A stretch of 64,000 bases of DNA from Minisyncoccota bacterium (GCA_030583765.1 CP129474.1:9709-73708); one strand, 5' to 3'. Shown: positions 42,379-52,992, counted from the stretch's first letter. Numbers and translations: made by a program. Notes: generated by a model not told the origin, from the sequence alone.

Positions 42379-42765
42379 TTAGCCGATGCGGCGCATGAGG
42401 AGATCAAACAACAGAAGCATGGCAGGAATGAGCATCAAGCCCACCTTCCTCCCACTGTGGTACAGCTTTGGCGTGAGGGCTCTCGTACCCCTAGCTTTTC
42501 GGTCATTTTCCAGAATGAGAGGAAGCGCCCAGAGTGTCCCAGCGACGAGGGGCGCGCTTACGAGCCCTGAACAGATCGTGAGCATTATCGTGTTCGATAT
42601 CTCGAACACCTCGCACGCCTTCATGCTCAAAGCGATCCCGAGAAAGAGCGCTACGGCGCTTGCTGAAAATGTCACCACTCCGTCGATGACGCCAGCACCA
42701 CAACTGAATTCTGCGTTGTGCTCTTCGTGGTCAATCGACGACGATGTGATGGTCTCCATCGCCAC
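42379..42765 (-). CDS. Hypothetical small membrane protein (128 aa).
   Basis: Three hydrophobic helices. Preferred over the overlapping + ORF 42386..42844, which is low-complexity and Ser/Arg-rich. Confidence 0.35.
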   Translation of the reverse strand: MAMETITSSSIDHEEHNAEFSCGAGVIDGVVTFSASAVALFLGIALSMKACEVFEISNTIMLTICSGLVSAPLVAGTLWALPLILENDRKARGTRALTPKLYHSGRKVGLMLIPAMLLLFDLLMRRIG

Positions 42766-42799
42766 CTCCTGGATATATACTATATCATATATTACAAAA

Positions 42800-42830
42800 A
42801 AGTACAGAGCCCTTTTGGGGCTCTGTGGAA
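42800..42830 (-). terminator. Intrinsic terminator downstream of efp (minus strand).
   Basis: On the minus strand: ccacagagcccc AAAA ggggctctgtac followed by tttttt. Confidence 0.6.
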
Positions 42831-42852
42831 CTTTACCTGAGTAGTTGTTTTG

Positions 42853-43425
42853 TTATTTCTTTCCCATGCGTTCAGCATACTGACCAGTTTCGGTGTTTAC
42901 GCGAATAATATCACCTTCTTCAATAAAGAGAGGAGCATTGATCATGGCCCCAGTATCAATCTTTACTTGCTTTACGCCGCCTTGGGCAGTATCACCACGA
43001 ATTGCCGGGGGCGCTTCCACAACAGTAAAATCCATTTTAACGGGGAGTTCTACATTAATGATCTCTCCGTTAAACATGAGAGCATCAAGTACCGTGTTTG
43101 CTTTCAAAAACTGCACTCCGGTTCCGATAATCTCTTGCGCGAGTTGGAAGCGCTGAGAAGGGCTATTCTCTTCCGAGAACCAATACTGGTCACGGTGATT
43201 GTAGAGAAATTTTACCTTCTTGCGCTGTACATCCGCTTCTTCAAACACGTCAGATTGCGCGAAGTTGCGTTCAAGCACCTTGCCGTTAATGATGTTACGC
43301 ATGCGTGTCTGCACGACAGGCCGGCGTTGCTGCATTTTAAGATGATGTGTTTCAAGGACCATGTACGGCTGATCCTCATATATGAAATACATCTTTGGTT
43401 TTAAGTCATTGACGCCTAGTGACAT
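42853..43425 (-). CDS. efp: Translation elongation factor P.
   Basis: KPKMYFIYEDQPYMVLE...three OB domains; 190 aa. Confidence 0.9.
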   Translation of the reverse strand: MSLGVNDLKPKMYFIYEDQPYMVLETHHLKMQQRRPVVQTRMRNIINGKVLERNFAQSDVFEEADVQRKKVKFLYNHRDQYWFSEENSPSQRFQLAQEIIGTGVQFLKANTVLDALMFNGEIINVELPVKMDFTVVEAPPAIRGDTAQGGVKQVKIDTGAMINAPLFIEEGDIIRVNTETGQYAERMGKK

Positions 43426-43477
43426 AGGAAAATAAGGTTATTGTGCCGGACGATTGTACTACAACTTTGCCCGTGTT

Positions 43478-44422
43478 TCAAGACAAGGAAAGATCAGTAA
43501 AAAAGCCTTTATTACCATTCACAAAGAGTGAAGCGGGGAGCAGTTTGCCGCCGGGTCGCTGCAGTGAATCAACGGCAAGAACGCCGGAGCCACACGTTAC
43601 GAGTAGAGAACCTTGTGCATATGCATATACCGTTCCAGGAGCTCCTGTGCCCGTGGTTTCCGGAAGCGGGTGAGCGCGGTGAACGCGCACGTCCTCACTA
43701 TTCCAAGGTGTCCATGCGCCCGGTTCGTGTGCGAATGCGCGAATATGATTGTATGCCGCTTCACTCGATTGCTCCCATGGTATGCGGCCCATATCTCTTG
43801 TAATCATGTGTGAGAACGTTGCTCGTTCATGGTCCTGTGGCTGTTCTTGTGCCGTGCCCGCTTTGAGTTGGAGCAGTGCGGTGTGCATGAGTTCAGCACT
43901 GTCTCGTGCGGCGCGCTGGAGTACTTCAGGATAATATTCGTCGGGACCGATCATAAAAGGCTCTTGTATGATAACGGGACCGTGATCCATCTCTGCATCG
44001 ATGCGCATGATGCTTATAGCGCTCTGCGTTACGCCGTCTTTGATCGCGTATTGTAATGGTGCCGGGCCGCGATAGAGGGGGAGCTTCGACGGGTGCGCAT
44101 TTATAAACCCGTGGCGAGGAATTGCAAGGAGCGCCTCTGGAATAATCTTTCCATACGCAACGACGACACACACGTCGGGTTGCAGTGACGCGATCAGCTC
44201 ATGTGCATCAGTTCCTTTTACGGTGGTTGGTGTATAGATCGGAATATTATGCAATTCAGCAATGCTGGCGACGGGGGATGGCGTGAGTATTTTTGATCTA
44301 CCTTGATGCTTTGCTGGCGCACTCATAACACCGCATACATCGAATTCCGATGATTCAATCAGCTTCTGAAGTGTTGGCACAGCGAACGTTGGGGTGCCCC
44401 AAAAAAGAACTCGGTAGCTCAT
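43478..44422 (-). CDS. fmt: Methionyl-tRNA formyltransferase.
   Basis: N-terminal formyltransferase domain (VLFWGTPTFAVP, HPSKLPLYRGPAPLQYAI). C-terminal Fmt domain. Confidence 0.9.
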   Translation of the reverse strand: MSYRVLFWGTPTFAVPTLQKLIESSEFDVCGVMSAPAKHQGRSKILTPSPVASIAELHNIPIYTPTTVKGTDAHELIASLQPDVCVVVAYGKIIPEALLAIPRHGFINAHPSKLPLYRGPAPLQYAIKDGVTQSAISIMRIDAEMDHGPVIIQEPFMIGPDEYYPEVLQRAARDSAELMHTALLQLKAGTAQEQPQDHERATFSHMITRDMGRIPWEQSSEAAYNHIRAFAHEPGAWTPWNSEDVRVHRAHPLPETTGTGAPGTVYAYAQGSLLVTCGSGVLAVDSLQRPGGKLLPASLFVNGNKGFFTDLSLS

Positions 44423-44892
44423 GATGTTTTTTTCTGTTCTTTAGCGCGGTCAGCAATGACGGTGCCATTAAGGTGATCAGTTTCGTGCTGGAGCACGCGA
44501 GCTAAAAAGCCGCGCGCCCTAAATTTATACTTCTTGCCATCGGCGCCATAGCCCTTAAACATAACTTTTTTGGATCGAAAGATGGGCATGTATGTTCCAG
44601 GTATGGATAGGCACCCCTCTTCAATGACGTCCGTTTCTTTTGAATACTCAGTAATTTCCGGATTCGCAAAAGCATCTGGGATGCCATGTTCTTTTGCGAG
44701 CTCAGCATCAATCACAAAAAGACGGAGTTGGTGACCCACTTGGTTTGCCGCGAGGCCAACGCCATTTGCGGCAAGCATAGCAGCTCGCATATCAATGATA
44801 AGTTGCGCAAGGCGCCCGCTCCCAAACCAATCGTCAGGGACGTCAGGCATTGCTGCTCTTAAGATTTTCTGTGGAATAGTAACGATTTCCAT
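44419..44892 (-). CDS. def: Peptide deformylase.
   Basis: Motifs GVGLAANQVG, EGCLSIPG and QHETDHLNG. Confidence 0.92.
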   Translation of the reverse strand: MEIVTIPQKILRAAMPDVPDDWFGSGRLAQLIIDMRAAMLAANGVGLAANQVGHQLRLFVIDAELAKEHGIPDAFANPEITEYSKETDVIEEGCLSIPGTYMPIFRSKKVMFKGYGADGKKYKFRARGFLARVLQHETDHLNGTVIADRAKEQKKTS

Positions 44893-44919
44893 TGCGGATA
44901 TAGTAGCAAGCGCGAGACC

Positions 44920-46785
44920 TTACAGCAACGCCTCATCGAGCGACGGAGGGTTGGCAATAACACGCCACGGTTGTGGGACATGTGGTGCGATGTGCGCAAA
45001 GTCATGTATTTCTTTTGTGCGGACAAGAATAACGCCTACGGTTTGTGTGCGATCTCTAAATATGAGCGCGGGTACTGGTGTGCGTATCGTTATGCGATCT
45101 GCTAATTCGTGGTGCTGAATGGCTTGCGTGAGAAGTTGAGCGCATGTCTTTGCATGCGTATGCACATGTGCGGGAGACGTCCCTCGAATCGTGAGAGCAA
45201 TCAGGTGCCACGCGGGTGGATAGCCGGTCGCATGGCGCGCGGCATATTCGGATTCGAGCCATTGTGCGGAATCATACTGAGCGGTAAGCGCGGGGTGGTG
45301 TGGCGCGTACGTTTGTATATGTATGCTTTCAGGTTCCCATGCGCGAAGGAGCGCAATAGTTGCCGCGCTCAACTCGTCATTAGCAAAATCAGGACGATAG
45401 GTGAGCGTATCAAAAGCGGGCACAATAATTCTCCGAAACGTTAAAGCATGTTTCCAGCGAAAGATTTTTGCTGTGGCAATGAGTATGCTGTCTTGGTGTG
45501 TGTGCAACTTCGCTAGCACGGCTTCCGGATGGGGCGTTGAGTCATCAAGCGTGACAACAGGCACGTCTGGAGCGAGGAAAGCGCTGAGCGAGGCTATTTT
45601 TTCTATCCCCGGCGTGCCAGTCGCATAAAGTGATACTTTATGGCACCGCGGACATCGATCGGGTGCAACGCGAGATTGTGTGCAGCGATAGCACATGAGC
45701 TGTGGTGGTTCAGTGGCGCGCGTGATTCGCATCGGGATATTACAGTTAGTACATGCTGCATATGCGCCGCAGAGGCGACACGTATAGAGTGAAGCAAATC
45801 CTTTTCGTGTCGCATATATAAGCGTGTGTCCATGAGGGTCTGCGCGGAACATGTCTTCGATGTTGCGTGCATATATATTTGCGTGACCCGCTGCGCGTTC
45901 CGCTCCCATATCAACGATATGGAGAGCATGAGAGCGATCAAGAAAATTTGGCGTTTTATTGCTGCGTGGACGCACCAAGGGAAAAGCGGTGATAGTCGTA
46001 TAGTTTGCTCCCCACTGCGCCGCGAGCCACTGCGCGAATGTGGCAGCGTGGAGGCGCGGAGCGCCTTCGCTCCAATGTCCTATGTGTCGCGGGTCAACCA
46101 CAACAATGTGCGCACAATGGGTAAATGGCGCAAGGAGTGCGCTTCGTGTACCAATAATGACGCGAGCATCTCCGTTCGCAATTTCTGCGCGCGCTTCTGT
46201 GAGAGCTTTTGCGCCGATGTTCTGCGAGAGTGCGACAGGTTTATGCGCTGCAAGTGCTTCCATGTATACAGGAATCCACTCACTATCCGGGACAACGATG
46301 CATACCTGTTCTTCCTTTTTGCGTATCGAGCTGCATATCTTCTGTAGCGCAGCGCACTCCTCAGCAACAGAAACAACCATTTCATGCTCGGACGGTTCCT
46401 TGCGTGGTGTTTCAGGGAGGCGAGGCAGTAGTGATGTGCGTGGACGTGCGCGAGACAGGTCAGGGAAAAGAAGAGTGCACGCTGTGGCGAGAGAAATACA
46501 CGCTGTTTTTGCAACCCATGTAGCAATGGCGAGTGCTCCGTCGCTCACTATGAGATTAGGGTCATGGGCGGAGATAATTTTTTTTGGCGCAAATGACCCA
46601 GAGCGTATACGCTGACGAGCTTCGGTGAGCGGATGCACCGCAAGGACGATGCCGTGGATTGTGCGGCGGGCGAGGGGGATCTTCACCAGTGATCCACGAG
46701 GTACGGGTGACGGCGAGAAATAGGAAAGCGTTTCGGGCGCCTGAATGGGGATACGTGTAAGCGGAATAACGGTAAGAATTACCAT
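44920..46785 (-). CDS. priA: Primosomal protein N' (PriA helicase).
   Basis: Superfamily-2 helicase core with a Cys-rich Zn-binding insert (CRLCG...CTNC...CYRC...CPRC). Confidence 0.8.
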   Translation of the reverse strand: MVILTVIPLTRIPIQAPETLSYFSPSPVPRGSLVKIPLARRTIHGIVLAVHPLTEARQRIRSGSFAPKKIISAHDPNLIVSDGALAIATWVAKTACISLATACTLLFPDLSRARPRTSLLPRLPETPRKEPSEHEMVVSVAEECAALQKICSSIRKKEEQVCIVVPDSEWIPVYMEALAAHKPVALSQNIGAKALTEARAEIANGDARVIIGTRSALLAPFTHCAHIVVVDPRHIGHWSEGAPRLHAATFAQWLAAQWGANYTTITAFPLVRPRSNKTPNFLDRSHALHIVDMGAERAAGHANIYARNIEDMFRADPHGHTLIYATRKGFASLYTCRLCGAYAACTNCNIPMRITRATEPPQLMCYRCTQSRVAPDRCPRCHKVSLYATGTPGIEKIASLSAFLAPDVPVVTLDDSTPHPEAVLAKLHTHQDSILIATAKIFRWKHALTFRRIIVPAFDTLTYRPDFANDELSAATIALLRAWEPESIHIQTYAPHHPALTAQYDSAQWLESEYAARHATGYPPAWHLIALTIRGTSPAHVHTHAKTCAQLLTQAIQHHELADRITIRTPVPALIFRDRTQTVGVILVRTKEIHDFAHIAPHVPQPWRVIANPPSLDEALL

Positions 46786-46862
46786 TGTTTTGCTTAGTGT
46801 AGCGTACCTATAGGGGTCCGCAATGGCTTCACAGGAGAGGGGAATACGGTATACTGATACGC

Positions 46863-48218
46863 ATGGATATCCGTGTGCGCATTGCGCCTTCTCCGACGGG
46901 TCTTTTGCATATTGGAACCGCTCGCACGGCGCTTTTTAATTGGCTTTTTGCGCGGCATACGGGCGGTGCATTTCTTATACGCGTTGAAGATACTGATAAA
47001 GAACGTTCAACAAAAGCTTTTGAAGACGATATTCTCAATGGTTTAGCGTGGCTTGGTCTCACAACAGATGAAGATGTGGTGCGTCAGTCGGAACGAACAC
47101 ACGTCTATACCGAACGTCTCGAGCAGCTCCTTACGGAAGGGAAGGCATTTTGGTGCCACCACACAAAAGAAGAGCTCGATGCTGAGCGCGTAGGTCAAAC
47201 GGAACGCAAAGAGGCATTGGTACACGTGTGCTCGCATAAGCATGAGGCTCGAGGCAAAGAGCCCGGCCAAGTCATTCGTCTGGTGGGCGTCACAGAGTCT
47301 CGCATGCTGGTCTTCCCAGACGTGATCCGTGGTGACATTGCCTCTGATGCGCTCTTGCTCGGCGACATGGCTATTGCAAAGAATGTTCATGAGCCTCTCT
47401 ACAATTTCGCTGTTGTTGTAGACGACGCTGACATGCGCATCTCTCACGTGATTCGTGGAGAGGATCACATCTCCAACACGCCAAAGCAAATGCTGATCGC
47501 AGAAGCGCTTGGCGTTGCGCAGCCTCTTTTTGCGCACGTGCCTCTCATTTTAGGTACGGATCGATCTAAGATGTCGAAACGGCATGGCGCAACTTCCATC
47601 ATGGAATATAAAGAGGACTTTTTGCCTGAAGCACTTATCAATTTCATTGGAACTCTTGGGTACACATACGACTCGGAGCTCTTATCAAAAGAAGAAATGG
47701 CAAAAGCGTTTGACCTCGCTCGCGTACACCCCAGTGGAGCCATTTTTGATCAGGCAAAGCTGCACTGGATCAATGCGCAGTACATTCGGAAGTTGACCCC
47801 AGAAACCTTGCGTGAGCTTGCACAGATCCCTGCGATGCCCGACGCTGCTTTTCCATTCGTGAGTGAGCGACTCGATCGTTTACGCGACGCAACGTCGTTC
47901 GCATTTTTCTGGGAAGACCCTCAGTATGATGCCGCACTGCTTTCATGGAAGGGTGCATCACTCACGGAGGCACAGAAAGCGCTTGCTCGGGCACATGATG
48001 TACTCAAAGGCATTGCCGACTTTGATGCTCCATCGGTACGCACTGCACTTGAAAGTGTCGCGAGTGAATTTGGTGGCCGCGGACCGATTTTCTGGCCAGT
48101 GCGCGTTGCGCTATCGGGCGCGGAGCGATCGCCTGACCCTGCGGATATCGCGGGCGTGATTGGTCGTGAAGCAACGTTGCGACGCATTGATCACGCACTG
48201 TCCCTATGCACGCTATGA
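46863..48218 (+). CDS. gltX: Glutamyl-tRNA synthetase.
   Basis: Class I motifs PSPTGLLHIGT (HIGH) and KMSKRHG. Confidence 0.9.
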   Translation: MDIRVRIAPSPTGLLHIGTARTALFNWLFARHTGGAFLIRVEDTDKERSTKAFEDDILNGLAWLGLTTDEDVVRQSERTHVYTERLEQLLTEGKAFWCHHTKEELDAERVGQTERKEALVHVCSHKHEARGKEPGQVIRLVGVTESRMLVFPDVIRGDIASDALLLGDMAIAKNVHEPLYNFAVVVDDADMRISHVIRGEDHISNTPKQMLIAEALGVAQPLFAHVPLILGTDRSKMSKRHGATSIMEYKEDFLPEALINFIGTLGYTYDSELLSKEEMAKAFDLARVHPSGAIFDQAKLHWINAQYIRKLTPETLRELAQIPAMPDAAFPFVSERLDRLRDATSFAFFWEDPQYDAALLSWKGASLTEAQKALARAHDVLKGIADFDAPSVRTALESVASEFGGRGPIFWPVRVALSGAERSPDPADIAGVIGREATLRRIDHALSLCTL

Positions 48219-49468
48219 TGTTTATCCGCCTTACGATTGCACATATGCTCGTCGCTAGCTCCATCGTTCTTTTGATGGCGCCCGCGGCATTTGCTGCAGA
48301 AGATCCCCGTGTTACTGAGCTGCGTCAGCAGATCCAGCAGCTTGAGCAACAAGCGAGCCAGTTTAAATCAAACATTGCTGAGGAACGCGCGAAAGCCGAT
48401 TCATTGCGTAAAGAAATAAACTTACTTAACACGCAGATTCAGAGCATAGAAAATCAGTTAGCGCTGACCAGTAAAAAAATAGAGCGCACCACTTTTGAGA
48501 TTAGGGGTGTAGAGGGCACTATCGGAGAGAAGGAGACTTCAATTTCGCGAAAGAAAGAATCAATTGGGAGACTCGTGTTTGCTCTCGACCAATATGATCA
48601 AGAAAATATCCTCGAACTTCTCATGAAGAGCTCGAGCATGTCTGACTTTCTACGCCAAGAGCAGTACGCAGAAAGCGTCGCGCAGGAATTATTAGAAGTC
48701 ATTGAAGACCTAAAGCATGAGAAGGCGGTGCTCGAGGGTAGCCGCCAAGAACTGAAGGCAAAAGAGCGCGAGCTTGAACAGTTGAGCACTGAACAGATGA
48801 ACACGAAGCTTTCTCTGGGGTCGGCAAAATCAGGAAAGAACACGCTCCTAACCCGCACGAAGGGACAGGAGGCAGAATACCAGAAGATGCTCAAAGAGAT
48901 TGAGAAGCGGCAAGCAGAATTCTTTGCCGAACTCATCGAGCTGGAGCAAAAAGTTATTGCAGGAGGATTTTATAATGTGCGCGTCCAAGCAAAGAATCTT
49001 CCACCAAAAGGAACGAAGATCTTCCAGCCGCCATATCCAAAGGGGGAGTATGTCATTACGCAGGGTTTCGGCATGACTTCGTATGCTCGCCGTGGTGCAT
49101 ATGGTGGAAAGCCACATAGTGGCGTTGATATGGTTGCGGGACACGGAACGCCAGTGCGATCCATTGGCGACGGCGTGATTATTGCGAGCGGCGTAAACAA
49201 CCCAGGGTGGGGGAATTGGATCGCGGTAAAGCACCCCAATGATTTAGTGAGCGTATACGGGCACTTGAGCTCCATTGTTCCATTTGGGCAGGGGGCCGCT
49301 GTGCAGGTTGGTACGGTCGTTGGGTTTGAGGGTTCAACGGGTAACTCAACGGGGTCGCACCTTCACCTCAGTTTGTATAAGGAATTCTTTACATACACCA
49401 ACGAGAGTAACGGCATGCTCTACTTTAACTATTTGCAGGGGACAATTAACGCGCTTGACTACATGTAA
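48206..49468 (+). CDS. M23-family peptidoglycan endopeptidase/activator with a long N-terminal coiled coil (EnvC-like).
   Basis: Signal/TM helix. ~250 aa of coiled coil. M23 motifs HSGVD, GHGTPV and GSHLH. Confidence 0.8.
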   Translation: MHAMMFIRLTIAHMLVASSIVLLMAPAAFAAEDPRVTELRQQIQQLEQQASQFKSNIAEERAKADSLRKEINLLNTQIQSIENQLALTSKKIERTTFEIRGVEGTIGEKETSISRKKESIGRLVFALDQYDQENILELLMKSSSMSDFLRQEQYAESVAQELLEVIEDLKHEKAVLEGSRQELKAKERELEQLSTEQMNTKLSLGSAKSGKNTLLTRTKGQEAEYQKMLKEIEKRQAEFFAELIELEQKVIAGGFYNVRVQAKNLPPKGTKIFQPPYPKGEYVITQGFGMTSYARRGAYGGKPHSGVDMVAGHGTPVRSIGDGVIIASGVNNPGWGNWIAVKHPNDLVSVYGHLSSIVPFGQGAAVQVGTVVGFEGSTGNSTGSHLHLSLYKEFFTYTNESNGMLYFNYLQGTINALDYM

Positions 49469-49470
49469 TC

Positions 49471-50724
49471 ATGAGAACAGGTACCATTCTTATTTTGGGT
49501 GGAGGATTCGCAGGGGTGCGTGCGGCGCTTGATCTCGAAAAAACACTCGGCGCTCGTGCAAATATTATTCTTGTAGATAAAAATCCATATCATTTATTTT
49601 TGCCGGCGCTTTACGAAGTCGCTGCAGCATATGGCGCACCTCGCGACCCGTACACTATTATGTTGCGTCGCACTGTTGCAATTCCATTTAAAGAAATCTT
49701 TGAAGGAAAAAGAATCACTCACATACAAGCATCAGTCTTAGACGGGGATATAGAAAAGCGCATTATTCGTACCGATACAGGAGTAGAAATCCCCTATGAT
49801 TTTCTCATCGTTGGGCTCGGAAGCGAGGCTGCTGACTTCGGCGTCCCTGGTGTGACAGACTACGCGTATGGGTTCAAGACGTTGGATGATGCAATCGCTA
49901 TTAACACTCGCCTCGCCGACCTATTCCAAGAAGCCGAGCGTGGCGAACGGCGACTTCCCATTCGTGTGCTCGTGTGTGGTGCCGGCTTTACGGGTATTGA
50001 GACCGCAACGGAGATAGGCTCATGTGTGAGAAAATTTGCGCGTGAGTGTAAGCTGCGTGGCCAACCGACCCATATCATGCTATTCGATGCGAACCCCGAT
50101 CTTCTCCCACATGTTTCTGACGGTGAGCGCGAGCGTATTAAAGCTCGTCTTACCGCACGTGGCGTGGCGCTCGTTTCTGGTGCACGCGTTGCTTCCATCG
50201 AGCCTTCTCGAATTCATCTCGCTGATGGTCGCAGTTTTGATGGAGACATTATTATTTGGACTACCGGCGTTCGTGCGCCACGAGTTCTCGATCGCATTCA
50301 CGGGCTCGATCTTACTCCTCAAGGTAAAATGATTGTTGGTGAGCAGCTCAACATGCGACGTCACCCCACCGTGTTTGGCGTTGGCGACGCAATCCACTTC
50401 ATAGATCATGCGACACAGAAACCAATCCCAGCGATGGCATACCTTGCCATGGACCACGGAAAGGTTGCTGCGCAGAACATTCTCCGCATGATCGAAGGCA
50501 AGGAGCTTCGCACGCACAAGCCGTCGTACAGCATTTGGGTTGCTCCTGTTGGAGGCAAGTATGCCGTGGCACGTCTTCCGGGAGGGATTATTTTTGGAGG
50601 ATTCGCTGCATGGCTCTTCCGTGAGTTCATTGATCTCAATTATTTTATTTCCATCTTGCCATTTAAGAAGGCGCTCGCGTTATTCTGGAGAGAGATAAAA
50701 GTTTTTACTACAAATGACCTCTAG
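49471..50724 (+). CDS. ndh: Type II NADH dehydrogenase (NDH-2); FAD/NAD(P)-binding oxidoreductase.
   Basis: Two Rossmann GxGxxG motifs (ILGGGFAGV, VCGAGFTGIE). C-terminal amphipathic membrane-anchor helix. Confidence 0.75.
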   Translation: MRTGTILILGGGFAGVRAALDLEKTLGARANIILVDKNPYHLFLPALYEVAAAYGAPRDPYTIMLRRTVAIPFKEIFEGKRITHIQASVLDGDIEKRIIRTDTGVEIPYDFLIVGLGSEAADFGVPGVTDYAYGFKTLDDAIAINTRLADLFQEAERGERRLPIRVLVCGAGFTGIETATEIGSCVRKFARECKLRGQPTHIMLFDANPDLLPHVSDGERERIKARLTARGVALVSGARVASIEPSRIHLADGRSFDGDIIIWTTGVRAPRVLDRIHGLDLTPQGKMIVGEQLNMRRHPTVFGVGDAIHFIDHATQKPIPAMAYLAMDHGKVAAQNILRMIEGKELRTHKPSYSIWVAPVGGKYAVARLPGGIIFGGFAAWLFREFIDLNYFISILPFKKALALFWREIKVFTTNDL

Positions 50725-51010
50725 GGACGCACTAGGGGAGAGGAGCCTGTTTTTTAAAGGGGGTCTCCCCCGATATCCGGTGGGGAAGGGGTGCGTGAAC
50801 GATATACAAAAAGAAGTGCGCGTGAGAAAGAGAAGCGTGTGATGCACGAGCCACACTGATGAGATCGCATCCAAAAAAGACGTTAGGGGAAAGATCTGAG
50901 AAATTTCAAAAACCCATTTTTTCAAGGCTTTCAGAGTAGTGGTACGTCGCATAACCTATATTGTGCGACTTCCTCTCCTACGCGTGATATGGCGTTCTCT
51001 TATAAAAATC

Positions 51011-51045
51011 AAAGCGGCCCGAGTGTGGGCCGCTCTTCTCTTTTT
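51011..51045. terminator. Bidirectional hairpin terminator.
   Basis: agcggcccgagtgtgggccgct followed by cttctctttttga; A-run on the other side. Confidence 0.55.
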
Positions 51046-51074
51046 GATCCTCAGTACATCTTTTGAGAAGCCTC

Positions 51075-51443
51075 CTACCTCTCTTTGACGCCCCGGCACT
51101 CCTTGGCACCGATTCTGACCTTCAGGCACCCTGCGCCCTTGTTCATGTCGTGCGGGTGCATGCGGATCAAGAACCTGCCTCCCAGAGTCTCCAGGCGCGT
51201 CACTGTGGGTGCGCCGACCTTCGTAGCGCCATCTTCGATGACGCACACGCGGTCAACGGGAACCGTCCCAAACGCTTCAGCGCCCTGTGGGTTCAGTTCG
51301 ATGTACATGACTCCGGTCATCTCGTGCACATCGGCGAACTTACCGCACGTTGCGCGCTCATGTACCGGCAAAAGCGTTTTCGTTTCGCCAACGAGAAACG
51401 TTTGTGCCGCGAACGCTAGGATCAAAATCATCTCCGCCTCCAA
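51075..51443 (-). CDS. Hypothetical secreted protein (122 aa) with an N-terminal signal peptide.
   Basis: MILILAFAAQTFLVG signal-like. Preferred over the overlapping + ORF 51085..51468. Confidence 0.35.
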   Translation of the reverse strand: MEAEMILILAFAAQTFLVGETKTLLPVHERATCGKFADVHEMTGVMYIELNPQGAEAFGTVPVDRVCVIEDGATKVGAPTVTRLETLGGRFLIRMHPHDMNKGAGCLKVRIGAKECRGVKER

Positions 51444-51512
51444 GACATATTATACAATAATATCGTAAATAATCAAATATACGTCCTGCGATGCTCTTGA
51501 TACACTCATAGC

Positions 51513-52193
51513 ATGTCTCGCCTCATATTCGATATTGAAACCGTAGGAGCCGATTTTGAGAGCTTCGACTCCACCACGCAAGAGTACCTGCTCTCAAGCG
51601 CGAAGACGCCCGAAGAGCAGGATCTGGTTCGTGATCGCATGGGGTTCTCTCCGCTCACGGGAGAAATTGTTGCTATCTCCATCCTGAATCCCGACACCCA
51701 TAAAGGAGCTACGTTCTTTCAAGCACCAGAAGCTTCGCTGGAGCCGTATACGAAAGATGAGGTGCAATATATCCCCAGCACTGAAAAAGAAATTCTCCAG
51801 CGCTTTTGGGATGCCGCCCGCTACTATGATCAGTTCATCACCTTCAACGGGCGTGCATTTGATGCGCCCTTTGTCATTGTGCGTTCTGCGGTCCACAGCA
51901 TTCGTCCTACACGTGATCTCATGCCCAACCGATACAGCGGCGAAGGCCACGTCGATCTCTTTGACCGCCTCTCCTTTTTTGGCGCCGTGCGCAAAACCAT
52001 GAGCCTCCACATGTGGTGCCAAGCATTTGGTATCGCTAGCTCAAAGGCTGATGGCGTAACCGGCGATGACGTAGCTCGCCTGTTTACGGAGAAGAAGTAT
52101 ACCGATATCGCTGAATACTGCTTCCGTGATGTGGTTGCTACCGCAGAACTCTTTAAAATTTGGGAGACCTATATGCAGCCCCCTCGAAGATAA
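51513..52193 (+). CDS. Predicted DEDDy-type 3'-5' exonuclease (RNase H-like fold; PolB-exonuclease-related family).
   Basis: Exo I: FDIETVG. Exo II: FNGRAFDAPF. Exo III: YCFRDVVAT. Confidence 0.6.
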   Translation: MSRLIFDIETVGADFESFDSTTQEYLLSSAKTPEEQDLVRDRMGFSPLTGEIVAISILNPDTHKGATFFQAPEASLEPYTKDEVQYIPSTEKEILQRFWDAARYYDQFITFNGRAFDAPFVIVRSAVHSIRPTRDLMPNRYSGEGHVDLFDRLSFFGAVRKTMSLHMWCQAFGIASSKADGVTGDDVARLFTEKKYTDIAEYCFRDVVATAELFKIWETYMQPPRR

Positions 52194-52936
52194 TGAACGA
52201 ATACTCAAGCATTGCAGACTTTCGCGCAAAAGCGGGTTACGAGCACGGTGGTGTGTGGTATCCCCGTGTCACCTCTATCCTCTCTATTAAGGCAAAGCCC
52301 GCACTGTATGCATTCTATGGTCGCATGCCTAGCTTTGCTGCCGGCAAAGCAATGACTGAACGTTCTGCCCAAGAAGGCACTGCGGTGCATGAAGCAGTAG
52401 AGAACATCCTTCGCGGCAAGGCAGAGGAGCACTCCCCTGCCGTTTTACCAAGTGTGCGCGCCTTTCGGGCATTTCTCATGGCACACGACGTAAAGCCGCT
52501 CAGTATTGAAGAGCCCGTCATTAGCAACGAGCACCACTACATTGGCACCCTTGATGTACTCGCTGAAATTGATGGTCGCGTGGGCGTATTAGACATCAAG
52601 ACCTCAAAAGGCATTTATCGTGAATATGGCATGCAAACGGCGGCGTATATTGGAGCTCTGAAAGAGCGTGGCACACTCCCCGACCTCACCAGCTGGGTCA
52701 TCCGGCTTGATCAGTTTAAAGAATGTGAACTATGCAATGCGCGCATGCGTTCTAAGGGTGGCATGCCTACGGTGCGCGGTGGTGTCTACACGTGCCGTCA
52801 TGAGTGGTCTCCCGAACGTGGTGAGTATGAATTTAGCGAACTCCCCGACACGCAACACAACTTCGAAGCATTCCTCGCCGCAAAGAAGCTCTGGGAATGG
52901 GAGCACGCTATCTTTCTGAAAGAGTTAGGATTATAA
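52193..52936 (+). CDS. RecB/Cas4-family PD-(D/E)xK nuclease with a C-terminal Cys cluster. Start overlaps the upstream stop (TAATG).
   Basis: Motifs GTLDVLAEIDG...VLDIKTSKG (D...D-x-K) and QTAAYIGAL (QxxxY). C-terminal CELCNARM...YTCRHEW. Confidence 0.55.
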   Translation: MNEYSSIADFRAKAGYEHGGVWYPRVTSILSIKAKPALYAFYGRMPSFAAGKAMTERSAQEGTAVHEAVENILRGKAEEHSPAVLPSVRAFRAFLMAHDVKPLSIEEPVISNEHHYIGTLDVLAEIDGRVGVLDIKTSKGIYREYGMQTAAYIGALKERGTLPDLTSWVIRLDQFKECELCNARMRSKGGMPTVRGGVYTCRHEWSPERGEYEFSELPDTQHNFEAFLAAKKLWEWEHAIFLKELGL

Positions 52937-52939
52937 AAG

Positions 52940-52990
52940 AAACCACCCGTCTTTGCGTGACGCAACGACGGGTGTTGGGCTGTACGTTTT
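52940..52990. terminator. Bidirectional terminator between the nuclease pair (+) and the convergent membrane-protein gene (-).
   Basis: cacccgtc N15 gacgggtg; U-rich on both sides. Confidence 0.5.
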
Positions 52991-52992
52991 TT

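Noticed and set aside
42386-42844. + strand 152-aa ORF overlapping the minus-strand membrane protein 42379..42765.
   Set aside because: Ser/Arg/Ala-rich low-complexity translation. The terminator hairpin at 42337-42360 fits a minus-strand gene ending at 42379.
51085-51468. + strand 127-aa ORF overlapping the minus-strand secreted-protein ORF.
   Set aside because: No RBS or promoter. The minus-strand ORF has a signal-peptide-like N-terminus and is followed by the 51011-51045 terminator.
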